A DNA stretch of 64,000 nt, taken from positions 256,001 to 320,000 of IMG/VR virus record IMGVR_UViG_3300013121_000005, one strand, 5' to 3'. The notes under the pieces were generated by a model. It made no database searches, was not told the origin of the DNA, and was given only the letters and a program-made list of their open reading frames with translations. Shown here one piece after another: positions 37,832 to 47,327 of the stretch. The stretch's first letter is position 1. Each line of letters begins with the position of its first letter. Source of the DNA: a virus (taxonomy: Duplodnaviria; Caudoviricetes). The translations under genes and the position numbers were made by a program.

Positions 37832-38014
37832 TCACAAGTCTCTCTTGCACTTCTTGCACTTCTTGAGCTTCCCGGCGAGTCGCAGGTGGACCTTGCAGAG
37901 CCCGTCTCGGAACGCCTTGTGCTTGCAGCGACCCGGCATGTAGGGGTCCTTGTTGGCCATGATGCAGCGGGCCTTCGAGTACTTGGGTTCGAGCCACCAC
38001 CAGCGAGCCATCAC
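37832..38014 (-). CDS. small Cys/His Zn-binding protein
   Basis: C..RC..C.VH pattern. Confidence 0.45.
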   Translation of the reverse strand: MMARWWWLEPKYSKARCIMANKDPYMPGRCKHKAFRDGLCKVHLRLAGKLKKCKKCKRDL

Positions 38015-38262
38015 CGGCCTTCATGCAGGTAGGATTGGCCGTCTATCACCCGACGGCCAGGGCACAAAGGGCTCGATTGCAAAGACCTTCATCTAATCTT
38101 GACGCTCAAAGTCAAGCACCCCACAAAAACTGGATTACGCTTCCTTTTGTGGGGCTTTAACCTTTGAGGTGCAACCATCAGAAAAAAGCACCCGGAGAGC
38201 TTCCTACCTAAAAACAAACGGAAACTCGGAGATGCCCTTTCAGAACAACTCTACACCAACTC

Positions 38263-38763
38263 TCAGTCATCAAGCAGGGAAAATCTACTACGAGGCGAGT
38301 TTTCCGGTAGGTTACTTTCGTAGATTGACACGGCCTCAGCTTGCCAGTGTAGAATCTCTTGATCAGAGCTTTGTTGGTCCATGTCCCCAAGCCTTCTGTC
38401 AACTGCTTTGATAGCAGCTCTAAGAGCTGCTATCCCCAGAGGAGAAGCCCCCTCATAGTATAGCTGGTCTTCTAGACAAAGGAACAAAACCCTATAGAAA
38501 ATGGCTTGATAGGTATGCTTAAAGTCGGCTGCTTGTTCAGCACGTAGGAGGTTACGGTCAACCTCTGAATCAAGCTCAGCCTCAACTTCTGGAGCAATAC
38601 CGTTACCCCAGAATTCTTCCTGGATTTCATCCTCAAAACGGGCACTCATGTCCGAAATAGAGTCTTCTACTGAGTAGTTAGCTAACTCAGAGTTAGGTTG
38701 CTTCTTTACCCATAGTTGCATCAAAGCTTGAGCCCTACTATAGGCAGGAGCTTGAAGGTTCAC
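38263..38763 (-). CDS. hypothetical protein ending in RSRFSLLDD
   Basis: GGAG SD before GTG. Confidence 0.6.
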   Translation of the reverse strand: MNLQAPAYSRAQALMQLWVKKQPNSELANYSVEDSISDMSARFEDEIQEEFWGNGIAPEVEAELDSEVDRNLLRAEQAADFKHTYQAIFYRVLFLCLEDQLYYEGASPLGIAALRAAIKAVDRRLGDMDQQSSDQEILHWQAEAVSIYESNLPENSPRSRFSLLDD

Positions 38764-38782
38764 GTTCTACTCCCTGAAGTAC

Positions 38783-38899
38783 GAGAATGACCGCATCAAA
38801 TTCCGAGTCTGAACTTAGTAAGTACACGATCAATGTCCGCCCAAAACGGGCCAACCCCATTCTTCTCATTGAGAATGACCGCATCAAATTCCGAGTCTG
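38783..38899. repeat. 29-bp perfect direct repeat (38783-38811, 38871-38899)
   Basis: GAGAATGACCGCATCAAATTCCGAGTCTG. Confidence 0.9.
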
Positions 38900-39620
38900 G
38901 GATGGCTTCTTGCTCCATCTCTGATGGGTGCTTACGCCAGGTCTCCCCGCTCTCCTTGGGCTTTGGGAGCTTGATGCGGATGACGTAACCCCCGCCTCGG
39001 TGGATACCACGAATCTCGTTGAGGTATCGAACGTCCGAGATCACCACGTCAGTCTTGGCGAGCACGCCGGGGCTATCGACGTAGGAGACGTACCCGAGCC
39101 CTCGCTTCATGTCGTAGTAGCAACCGCCGCCCTTGAGCGCCTTGGCGACACGGATGGCGTAGTCGACGAGAATGTCCGGGTAGCAGTGTCTTCCGTATTC
39201 CGTCCCCAAGAGCTGGAGGGCATAGCGACACGTCAGGTAGCACGGCTCGACGTCCTCTTCGTCGGGAATATACAAATCATCTTCGACAAGGCGTTTTCTT
39301 GCCTTTTGTCCGCAGCAAGCACATGAGTAGCTTAAGGACGAAAACCCGCCAGATGGGGCATCAGTTCCCCTCATGTAGTCTAACACCCCATCCCATGTAT
39401 CCTGCTCCTTCCATGTGTGCCTTCGTGGGTAGCGCTTATCCGGCAGGTTCCGCATCTCGGACGGACCCCAGAGTTGGTCATCCGTGAAGTCGAACATGTC
39501 CTTGGCATACCGCTTGAGCGAGTCTGCGAAGGCGACACGGACGAAGTTATGCTTTGTTGTGAGCCGCTGTGCCCCAAGGTCTTTACCAGCTCCTGCAACC
39601 CCGCAAATCCCAATGATCAT
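38796..39620 (-). CDS. deoxynucleoside monophosphate kinase
   Basis: GICGVAGAGKD, FADSLK, LQLLGTEYGR, ISDVRYLNE, HPSE. Confidence 0.88.
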   Translation of the reverse strand: MIIGICGVAGAGKDLGAQRLTTKHNFVRVAFADSLKRYAKDMFDFTDDQLWGPSEMRNLPDKRYPRRHTWKEQDTWDGVLDYMRGTDAPSGGFSSLSYSCACCGQKARKRLVEDDLYIPDEEDVEPCYLTCRYALQLLGTEYGRHCYPDILVDYAIRVAKALKGGGCYYDMKRGLGYVSYVDSPGVLAKTDVVISDVRYLNEIRGIHRGGGYVIRIKLPKPKESGETWRKHPSEMEQEAIPDSEFDAVILNEKNGVGPFWADIDRVLTKFRLGI

Positions 39621-39669
39621 GGAATGGCCCTCTTAGGTCCTACACCGATTCGACTGGTTTCCGTAGTCT

Positions 39670-40665
39670 TTACACAGCCACTTTGAATGAAAGGGCGGGC
39701 CATGGATCATAACCCTCAAGCACGAAATGCTTCATGACTTCCTCGGTTGTGACCTCGGGGGCCATGAGCTTCTCGATGTCGGAAAGGTCTTTGATCTGGT
39801 CAGAAATGATGAGCCTAGGGAGTCTACGTAGCCCTCTCGCAATCTGTTCCTTGAGACCGGGCACGTGGTCGTACTCCGCCTTGGAGCCATCCGGCTTCGC
39901 CGTGTAGATGTGGGCATCGACCAACGTGTGCCCGAAAATGCCGGGCTCGATCCCGCTGAAACGAGAGAACAGCTCCAGGAGCAAGGCGTAGCTGGCGATG
40001 TTGTATGGCACCCCGAGAGCCACGTCACACGAGCGCTGAGTGAGGTGGAGGCAGAGCCGCTGCTTCGTGACCTTCTGCTCAGTCCCAGACCCATCATGGC
40101 CAAAACCGGGACCGCCCCACGAACCAAGCTCCTCCCGCTCTTCGTTCTGCACGTTGAACATGAAGAGACAGTGGCAGGGCGGGAGCTTGCTCGTCTGAGC
40201 GTTCCCCGGCGCCCACGCTGAGACCACCATGCGGCGGGACATGGGATTCCGCTTCAATTCGTCCAAGACCCACCGGATCTGGTCGTTGAAGTTCGGCCGC
40301 AGTACGGGTTCCCCGCCTGGAAAGAAGTCTGGCACGGCGGGCTCGATTCGATGGGTCGGGAAATGCCGCCAAAACGACCCGTAAGCGGAAGGCACCTCAC
40401 CCGTCTCTGGATGCGCCCACGCATCCCAGAAATTGCAACCATGACGTTTGAGGATAGCTATATCCGTGGCTCCACTGAGGAACCACAGCATCTCGACCAC
40501 AATGTTTTTCCACGAAATGCTCTTGGTCGTGAGAAGGGGAAAGCCTTCCCGAAGATCGTGTTTGTAGTTGTAGTTGAATACCGAGAGCACATCAATCCCA
40601 GTACGATTTTCCTTCCTGGTCCCGTGTTCGAGAACGTATCTTACGAGGTTACTATACTGACGCAT
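39670..40665 (-). CDS. thyA: thymidylate synthase
   Basis: FPLLTTK, SRRMVVSAW, LPPCH, QRSCDVALGVPYN, DAHIY. Confidence 0.95.
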   Translation of the reverse strand: MRQYSNLVRYVLEHGTRKENRTGIDVLSVFNYNYKHDLREGFPLLTTKSISWKNIVVEMLWFLSGATDIAILKRHGCNFWDAWAHPETGEVPSAYGSFWRHFPTHRIEPAVPDFFPGGEPVLRPNFNDQIRWVLDELKRNPMSRRMVVSAWAPGNAQTSKLPPCHCLFMFNVQNEEREELGSWGGPGFGHDGSGTEQKVTKQRLCLHLTQRSCDVALGVPYNIASYALLLELFSRFSGIEPGIFGHTLVDAHIYTAKPDGSKAEYDHVPGLKEQIARGLRRLPRLIISDQIKDLSDIEKLMAPEVTTEEVMKHFVLEGYDPWPALSFKVAV

Positions 40666-40668
40666 CTG

Positions 40669-41184
40669 TTAGCCTTTCGCCCCGGTCAACTTCATAGCCA
40701 ATTTGATTGCTTCCTGAAGGGTATGCTTCAAAGAGGTGTTCTCAAACGCAGGAGTGTTAAAGCGCTGAGCTAGAGCATGTAGGTATTTCACATGCTCTGC
40801 CCCAGGGGGAGTGCCTAATACACACTTATCCGAAGGTACCCATAGACCAAACTCGACGTTTGTGGTAAGGGCAGGCATTGTAGCCATTACTCGGGGTACC
40901 CAGAAAATGATGGTTGTAGCTGCACTAAGCCCAGACCATTCCCAATTCGTCTGTCTTATGTAGTCTGTAGTCCAAACTCCGTTGCGAGGTTCAGGTACAA
41001 ACACAAGCCCATTAAACCCGAGTTCCCCTAAAAGCCGAAGAGCCTCGGGCCGCCAACTCGGAACCTCAGGGGAACGAGGAGTCGGACCAGCTAAGAAGAG
41101 TGAAGGGGCCAGGGTCTGACTCCTACCCGGCGTGAAAGGACCGCTGTACTGGGCATAAGGTTCTTGAGCATAGACAACAATCAT
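40669..41184 (-). CDS. nucleoside 2-deoxyribosyltransferase-like protein
   Basis: LFLAGPTPRS..SWR, QTNWE, FWVPR, TTNVEFG. Confidence 0.8.
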   Translation of the reverse strand: MIVVYAQEPYAQYSGPFTPGRSQTLAPSLFLAGPTPRSPEVPSWRPEALRLLGELGFNGLVFVPEPRNGVWTTDYIRQTNWEWSGLSAATTIIFWVPRVMATMPALTTNVEFGLWVPSDKCVLGTPPGAEHVKYLHALAQRFNTPAFENTSLKHTLQEAIKLAMKLTGAKG

Positions 41185-42827
41185 GGGGACTCCATTATGG
41201 TTGATTCTACAGTAATGAGGTCCTCAGGCACTTTCCCAGTAGCCCTCAATTGTTCCAGTAAAGCTCGAACAGTAGCCTTACTGGAATCAAAACTTCCAGC
41301 CTTTGTTGGTCTTGGGAGCCTAAGGGTCAAAGACAGGGAATCAGATAGGGAAAGATGCATGGGGGCCACCCCCACCAATTCCTTCGCTGCTGGGCCAATA
41401 CCATAAAGGTCAGGTCCAAACTCTACTACATTGAGGTAGAGTTCCAGGATCTCTTCCTTCTTAAGGTGACTCTCCAAGACAATGGTCAGAAACGATTCTT
41501 GGACTTTACGCCCGATAGTCTTCGAGCGCCTAAGCCATAGGTTTTTTGCGAGCTGCATTGTGAGGGTGCTTGCCCCTCGAACGGCTCTACCTGCTTTCAG
41601 GTTAGCAACTAGAGAGTTCTCTACAGCATGAAGAAGGAACCCCTTATGCTCGAAGAAGCTAGGGTCTTCTGTCGTCTGAAGAGCCGTAACCATATTCGGG
41701 CTTATCGCCTCGAAGGGGACCCAACCTTGTGATCCCGGCCCAGTTTTACGAGAGAACTCACGACCCTCCTTGTCGAAAGCGGTATACGTGAATGGAGCCC
41801 GTAGAGCCTTGATACAGCTCGGCTCTGGGCTAGGGCTCTTACACGTAAGCTTCCAGTCGAGCTTCACTACTGGTTTCGTACGCAGGTCAAATTGGAAGTC
41901 TCCTGTAAAAGTCAAATCCTTCAAGGGGCCTGTCCGAAGCTCGATTGGTACTGCTTGGTACCAGGCTTGGCAAGTTTCTGCCCCCCAAAGGTGGTGCTCT
42001 TTCAGATTGGCCCGAAGAGTCACCCCACTAATCTTGACAGCCAGGTCGCCTTCTACAGCCTTAGTGGGGTCTAAAGGCCCGACCTCGACTTTTGAGAAAG
42101 TAAGGGGTTCCGTGTGCAGTCGGTCATGCCGAAGACGTAGGGTCTCAGCAAAACCCGAAGCGAGTCCTCCTCTATACCCAACTCGAACTTCAGTGGCAGT
42201 GACCCCCTTGACCTCCACGTTTGAGACACTTGCCGACTGTGCTCCCAAATCGACAGTCGTTGGGCCGACCTGTATTGGCCCAGTCTCATACCCGAAAAGC
42301 TTCGAGGTAGGGTGAAACACACCCTCCGTAAACTTCAGCTCTGTCCGATTACGCTTGACACATAGGTTCTTGACTATGCCTCTACCTTTTGAATGAGTGA
42401 CCTTGGTAGAGACTGCGCATACCTCTCCTTCACTAACCGAAGTATCTTCAAGATCCGCTCTGACTCCATCTTTGGTAATGTGGAGACTCAAGTGCTGAGC
42501 CGTAATCTTGTACTTCTCGGCTCCTGTTGACTCCACTTGAGTTGTTTTCTTCGAGTCCAAACTAGCGGTGATCTCTCCAGTAGGGAGATTGACGGTTCCC
42601 CCACAGACCGTCGCAGAAGGAAATCTCCCGTTCACCCATTCGCGATCCACAACTACGTCCTTTAGGACTAAGCACTTTTGCTGAACCAGAAGTTCTACCC
42701 CGTCTACATGGACCCCAGGCTTCTTGTTGATCTGCCAGCGGATGACGGCTGGTGCAGAAAACCAACAAGCCCCTAGGACCATGCTGAAAGACGTAAGCCC
42801 AAACAACAACTTTTGGCGTCGTGTCAT
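41181..42827 (-). CDS. membrane-anchored peptidoglycan glycosyltransferase (GT51, monofunctional)
   Basis: EDPSFFEHKG, GASTLTMQLAKNL, RKVQE, KEEILELYLN; N-terminal TM; no transpeptidase domain. Confidence 0.88.
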   Translation of the reverse strand: MTRRQKLLFGLTSFSMVLGACWFSAPAVIRWQINKKPGVHVDGVELLVQQKCLVLKDVVVDREWVNGRFPSATVCGGTVNLPTGEITASLDSKKTTQVESTGAEKYKITAQHLSLHITKDGVRADLEDTSVSEGEVCAVSTKVTHSKGRGIVKNLCVKRNRTELKFTEGVFHPTSKLFGYETGPIQVGPTTVDLGAQSASVSNVEVKGVTATEVRVGYRGGLASGFAETLRLRHDRLHTEPLTFSKVEVGPLDPTKAVEGDLAVKISGVTLRANLKEHHLWGAETCQAWYQAVPIELRTGPLKDLTFTGDFQFDLRTKPVVKLDWKLTCKSPSPEPSCIKALRAPFTYTAFDKEGREFSRKTGPGSQGWVPFEAISPNMVTALQTTEDPSFFEHKGFLLHAVENSLVANLKAGRAVRGASTLTMQLAKNLWLRRSKTIGRKVQESFLTIVLESHLKKEEILELYLNVVEFGPDLYGIGPAAKELVGVAPMHLSLSDSLSLTLRLPRPTKAGSFDSSKATVRALLEQLRATGKVPEDLITVESTIMESP

Positions 42828-44587
42828 TTGGCACTCATCAGTTTAAGTACAGCAAGAGCCGCTAGCCTCTTAGCATCTTGCTTTTTACCGGCTGAAGCCT
42901 CCCCACGAAACTTGGTGAATACACACTCACATGTGATCTCAGGGAGGTGTGGGGGACCCGTGATGGAGAAATGGTACTCAGGGGGAGGTTCCCCTCTGGT
43001 TTGACTGAGAGACTGAAGAACTGAAATGGGGTCGTTAGTAGGCAGGGGGACCTCAGCAGCACCTTCAACAGCAACCGGGGCTGCTGGAACGGGAAGCCCA
43101 ACGATTTCGGCAAGGAGTGCTAAGGCAGCATACTGTCTAGCTTCTTTGCTTGTAGTCCCTTTAGCGGGTCCCCCTGTTAGCACCCCTTTTGGATGGTGCA
43201 GCGAAGCATGGACCGTGAACGTAGGGGCATGGTCAGGGCCTTGGCGTACCGTCTGGAATGTTGGGGTAGGCCACGAATACATCTGAGTAGCTTGGGTGAG
43301 GACACTCACTGCATCCTCAGGCTTAGATGCTAGCCTACTCAACATGGCTTCTTGAAGGCTCTTCCACCCAAGGTCAGGGTTGGCCTCCAAAATAGAGGCA
43401 AAGCACACAAGAGGGACTCGGTTGTCCTTGAGGCGATTAAAGAATGCCACCCGTATTTCCTCTCGAAGCTCATTAGGAGAACGAGTCCAAACCTTAATGA
43501 CCCTCTCGAAATCCTTGAGATTTAGCCCCTCAAGTCGTCTTGTGTCTAAAGTAACTTGAGCTTTCGCGTTGGCCTTCTCTTTTAGGCACTCCGAAAGCTT
43601 CTGACGGTCAGCTTGAATGACTTGATTCATATGCTCGGCAATCTGCTCAAGATTTTCACGGCTGTAGGGCAAACACTCCCCCTTGATAAAAGCTCGAACC
43701 TGTTGGTGGGTCACAAGATCCGCATACCTGCGAATGGGGGAGGTAAAGTGCAGATAGGCAGGCAGGTTAAGCCCGTAATGCCCAAACAGAGTAGCCCCAT
43801 AGGATGCCTTATCCAACAACATGTGGGTCTGCTGTCGAATGAGGTCCAAGTTGGAAAGAGGGGTGCTGAAAGCGCTCTGGATTTGAGCCATCAGCTCACT
43901 TCGATCTGGAGCCGCCGCTCGGGCAACATGGTTCCGAAATGGAACAGGAATATCATGCCCGACTACAAACTCAGCCACTAAGAAGTTGGCCAGAATCATC
44001 AGCTCCTGGACTATGATATTGCCCATAGTCTCCTCTTTGCTTTCGACCTTTCGGAGGTAGCCCTCTTCTGTTGTAATCCATCCGTTGTTTAGGTCGTACA
44101 GAGCAAGAGCCCCCGCCCTTCGACGATGATCCAGCAAGCCCAGTGCTACATGACTAGCATCTGCCAGCATGCTGTGAAATCTATGGGCACTATCTGCCAA
44201 AATACCTGGAATTTCAGTATAGGCAATTCGGGCTTCGCTTGTAAGTTGGGTAGCAGAGATACCAAGAAGTTGAGCCTTGTCGAAGGTAGGGGAGACCAAT
44301 GCTTCGACAGTCAAGGTTTTGCGGGGGGCCCCCGGAAACAAGGACAAGCTTCCTTCCGAGAGTTCTCGTGGTAGCATGGGGCTATTGCCCCTCGCATAGT
44401 ACTTGGTGGTGACCCGCTCTTTAGCCAGCTCATCCAACTGGCTCCGGGGTTGCACAACTTCCGACACATCCGAGATCGAAACCAAGACCCGGTAGTAAGC
44501 GCCGTCACTAACTACCCAAATTGCATCATCAATGTCTTTGGTGTAAGATGCATCAATGGTAACCCCACGAACTTCAGGAAGAGACAT
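42824..44587 (-). CDS. RNB (RNase II/R) exoribonuclease with two C-terminal dsRBDs
   Basis: TIDASYTKDIDDA, MILAN, HFTSPIRRYADL; two GPxHxP...KK/KEA...AA dsRBD patterns. Confidence 0.85.
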   Translation of the reverse strand: MSLPEVRGVTIDASYTKDIDDAIWVVSDGAYYRVLVSISDVSEVVQPRSQLDELAKERVTTKYYARGNSPMLPRELSEGSLSLFPGAPRKTLTVEALVSPTFDKAQLLGISATQLTSEARIAYTEIPGILADSAHRFHSMLADASHVALGLLDHRRRAGALALYDLNNGWITTEEGYLRKVESKEETMGNIIVQELMILANFLVAEFVVGHDIPVPFRNHVARAAAPDRSELMAQIQSAFSTPLSNLDLIRQQTHMLLDKASYGATLFGHYGLNLPAYLHFTSPIRRYADLVTHQQVRAFIKGECLPYSRENLEQIAEHMNQVIQADRQKLSECLKEKANAKAQVTLDTRRLEGLNLKDFERVIKVWTRSPNELREEIRVAFFNRLKDNRVPLVCFASILEANPDLGWKSLQEAMLSRLASKPEDAVSVLTQATQMYSWPTPTFQTVRQGPDHAPTFTVHASLHHPKGVLTGGPAKGTTSKEARQYAALALLAEIVGLPVPAAPVAVEGAAEVPLPTNDPISVLQSLSQTRGEPPPEYHFSITGPPHLPEITCECVFTKFRGEASAGKKQDAKRLAALAVLKLMSAK

Positions 44588-44646
44588 GGCACCTACCCCT
44601 ACACCTCAGGTTGACATTTCTAACCGACGAACGTTTTAAGGGGAGC

Positions 44647-44892
44647 ATGCAGTACAAGGTCGTCGTAAAGTTCACGAGGGTGCACAAGAAGGGGCCTCTT
44701 CGCGGAACAACTACCAGCCACATGATCCCTCTTTTTTCAAAAAAAGGGCTCGTCGAACAGTGGCGAAAGACTATCATAGTACTTGCCAAGCGCAATGGAG
44801 GTTGGCGGCTTGGGTCATTTGACGTCTTGGAGGGCGTTGAGGCACAACAAGCATACCAAGACGCGAAATCCAAAAATTGGCAGACGAGCTAA
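44647..44892 (+). CDS. hypothetical protein
   Basis: GGGGAG SD; TTGACA at 44611. Confidence 0.5.
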   Translation: MQYKVVVKFTRVHKKGPLRGTTTSHMIPLFSKKGLVEQWRKTIIVLAKRNGGWRLGSFDVLEGVEAQQAYQDAKSKNWQTS

Positions 44893-44896
44893 ATGG

Positions 44897-44934
44897 GAAA
44901 ACAGGAATTGACCCTAGAGTCAATTCCTGTTTTC
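44897..44934. terminator. bidirectional intrinsic terminator
   Basis: 16-bp stem GAAAACAGGAATTGAC/GTCAATTCCTGTTTTC between convergent genes. Confidence 0.8.
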
Positions 44935-44955
44935 TTTCGCCTAGTTAGGCTCAGC

Positions 44956-47274
44956 TTAGAGCTTGATCTGGACTTCTTTCATTTCAACTTTGCAATCGAT
45001 GGGCTTGCCATCCAGGGTGACCGTTAGTTGAGTCTCATCCACAGACGAGAACTCCGTGAACCACACCTGGCCGACAACAATCGCGAACTTGATTTGGGCT
45101 AGCTCGAAGATGAGCCCACGGGCCTTGGCGATGGACTCCTTGGCCTTCGCATCGACCCACTTGATGAAATCCGCATCACTCGGCTTGGTAGCCAAGTAGG
45201 CTTCGACCTCCTCGACGTAGGGCTTCATGAGCTGTCCCGGACCGTTGAACTTTCCGGACGACGCCTGTTTCTTGTACTCGGTCATCGAGGGAAGCTTCGA
45301 GTAGCCCTTGAGGGATACTTCGAGCGCCTTGCCGACGTAGAAGTCCGTGGACTCCGCCGAGACCATCTTGGGCGAGAAGCCCGAGTAGTCGGTGAAGCCC
45401 TGCTCCTTGAGCCACTCGGCGCCGTCGTCCCCATAGGTCGCCTTGAAGGAGGCCGACTCCTTCTTTGGAACCCTTTCATCCTTGTACGCTTTGTACACCT
45501 TCTGGGCTGCACGAGCCTTTTCCAGCTCATACTGCTTCTCGAAAAGCGCCGTAGCCGAAGCCGTCTTGCACATCTTCCGGTTGACAACCGGAAGAGACTT
45601 CAAGTTGATGGCTCCCTCTACGTAATCCCCACTTACAACCATCTTTGCTGGCTTGGCTTCCTCAGGAAGGAACTTGGCAAGTTCCTTAGCCATCGCATGG
45701 GATACTCGAACGGGGAGGGTCTCCATGTTGACTAGACCGTCGGCGACGACGTTCCGGTCCCGGAACTGGAACGAGGGGAACGGCGTCGGGATCTTGCCTT
45801 TGAACTGGTCCGGGATGCGGTCCGCGATGTCGACCGTCCCCTCTAGCCGAAGCTTGAGCGAGATGTTCGGCCGGTCCTCGTTGAAGGTCAGCGAGGAGAT
45901 GGCGTAGCCCTCGGGCTGCTTCTTGATCTCGAACTTGAGGGGGTTCTTGTTCGCGGTCAGAGCGGCCAGCTCCTCCTGAAGCTCCTTGAGCTTCTTGGCG
46001 TTCTTCTCGCTGGCCATCTTGGAGCTGATCTCAGCCACCTTCTTCTGCTCGTCCGCCGACATGACCTCGGAGGCGTCGACCCGCTTGCGGGAGATGCGGG
46101 AGAACTTGAATTCCGGGTGGTCCAGAAGGACCCGGCTGCTGTCATCTGAAGCGAGAAGCTTGAGAAGGTCGAGGATCGTGTAGGCATCATCTGCCGGAAT
46201 CTTCGTGGGGTCGTAGCCCTTCTCGTAACGACCGGTGCCGAAAGCTGCCGCCTTCGCCACGTCCATGAACTCACTGTACTTCTGCTTGCCGAAGCACGTG
46301 GAAAACATGTTGATGAACTTCACGTCGCCCGTCGCCTTGAGAAGCGGGAAGATCACCTCCGGCTTCATGCGGACCGAGAAGAGGCTCAAGGCGGCATAAG
46401 CTGCATCGAGGGCTGGGTGGGTGTTGTTCTCGACCTTGAAGGTACCGCCGTCCGAGCCGACTGCCGAAGGGGAAAGGTAGAAGATCGCTGTTGTATCCTC
46501 GGGGATGCTGACCTTGTTGCCCTCCAACCCATAGGTCGTAAGGTCTCCTGCCCCTTGGCTCCAAACAAAACCCCCGATAGGGTCCCCTGAAATACCTAAT
46601 GTGATACGAGGAGCGCCTGAAGGGCGCTTAGCCATCGCAGCCTCGAAGATTGGCTGGAACTTGTCGAAAGCGTCGGCGTGGATGAGGGTACCTCCGGCCT
46701 TTTCCGCCATAGCCGTAAGAAGAGAGCGATCGGCGTAGTAACCGTACTCCACGAAAGTCGCCGCAGCGAGCCCTCCCGAAGCCTTCTCGCAGACCTTCAG
46801 GATGTCTTGCCGAGACCATTGGTTGTCGCAACCATCGGACATGAAGAAGAGCGAGAAGGCCGAGCCAGGGCGCTTCTTGGCCACCCTCTCGATGAGCTTG
46901 CCTGCCTCCTCCAGAGGCTCCTTGAAGCCCGTGAGACCACATGGCTTGAGCCAGCGGTCGATCGCCTTCTCCACGTCCTTGAGGTCCGTCAGCGTCGAAA
47001 CCGGCTCGGCCTCCAGAAGGGCGCCGAACTCTCCGCGCCCGCTGAACCAGATGACGGAGAGGGTATCCTTCTCCCCGATGAGCTTGGGAAGCTTCTTCTT
47101 GAGCTGCGTCCGGATCTGAGGAAGATCGTAGGACATCGACCCAGAGCAATCGATCACGACCACATGGTTAGTGGGGACCTCTACTGGTTTCGTTGCCTTC
47201 AGTGAAGAGTTGACGGATTGACGTGTGAGGTACAGACCATCGGCAATCTTATAGGACACAACACTAGGGGTCAT
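44956..47274 (-). CDS. vWA-domain protein (772 aa)
   Basis: MIDAS DCSGS..T..MSDG; strong C/G-ending codon bias. Confidence 0.8.
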   Translation of the reverse strand: MTPSVVSYKIADGLYLTRQSVNSSLKATKPVEVPTNHVVVIDCSGSMSYDLPQIRTQLKKKLPKLIGEKDTLSVIWFSGRGEFGALLEAEPVSTLTDLKDVEKAIDRWLKPCGLTGFKEPLEEAGKLIERVAKKRPGSAFSLFFMSDGCDNQWSRQDILKVCEKASGGLAAATFVEYGYYADRSLLTAMAEKAGGTLIHADAFDKFQPIFEAAMAKRPSGAPRITLGISGDPIGGFVWSQGAGDLTTYGLEGNKVSIPEDTTAIFYLSPSAVGSDGGTFKVENNTHPALDAAYAALSLFSVRMKPEVIFPLLKATGDVKFINMFSTCFGKQKYSEFMDVAKAAAFGTGRYEKGYDPTKIPADDAYTILDLLKLLASDDSSRVLLDHPEFKFSRISRKRVDASEVMSADEQKKVAEISSKMASEKNAKKLKELQEELAALTANKNPLKFEIKKQPEGYAISSLTFNEDRPNISLKLRLEGTVDIADRIPDQFKGKIPTPFPSFQFRDRNVVADGLVNMETLPVRVSHAMAKELAKFLPEEAKPAKMVVSGDYVEGAINLKSLPVVNRKMCKTASATALFEKQYELEKARAAQKVYKAYKDERVPKKESASFKATYGDDGAEWLKEQGFTDYSGFSPKMVSAESTDFYVGKALEVSLKGYSKLPSMTEYKKQASSGKFNGPGQLMKPYVEEVEAYLATKPSDADFIKWVDAKAKESIAKARGLIFELAQIKFAIVVGQVWFTEFSSVDETQLTVTLDGKPIDCKVEMKEVQIKL

Positions 47275-47327
47275 GGGGAATCCTTCTTCTGAGCTGAAAG
47301 TTCAGGCCAGGAAGGGTATACACCAGC

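Noticed and set aside
38783-38899. 29-bp repeat pair as a mini-CRISPR
   Set aside because: Only two copies, inside coding sequence, not palindromic, and no cas genes in the window.
39670-40665. ThyA as a dCMP hydroxymethylase (modified DNA)
   Set aside because: It retains Asn in GVPYN, typical of dUMP-specific ThyA, and no glycosyltransferase for modified bases is nearby.
14714-47205. Long antisense ORFs (14714, 15938, 27194, 30913, 46678 and similar)
   Set aside because: They are shadows of GC3-biased genes on the opposite strand and carry no motifs.
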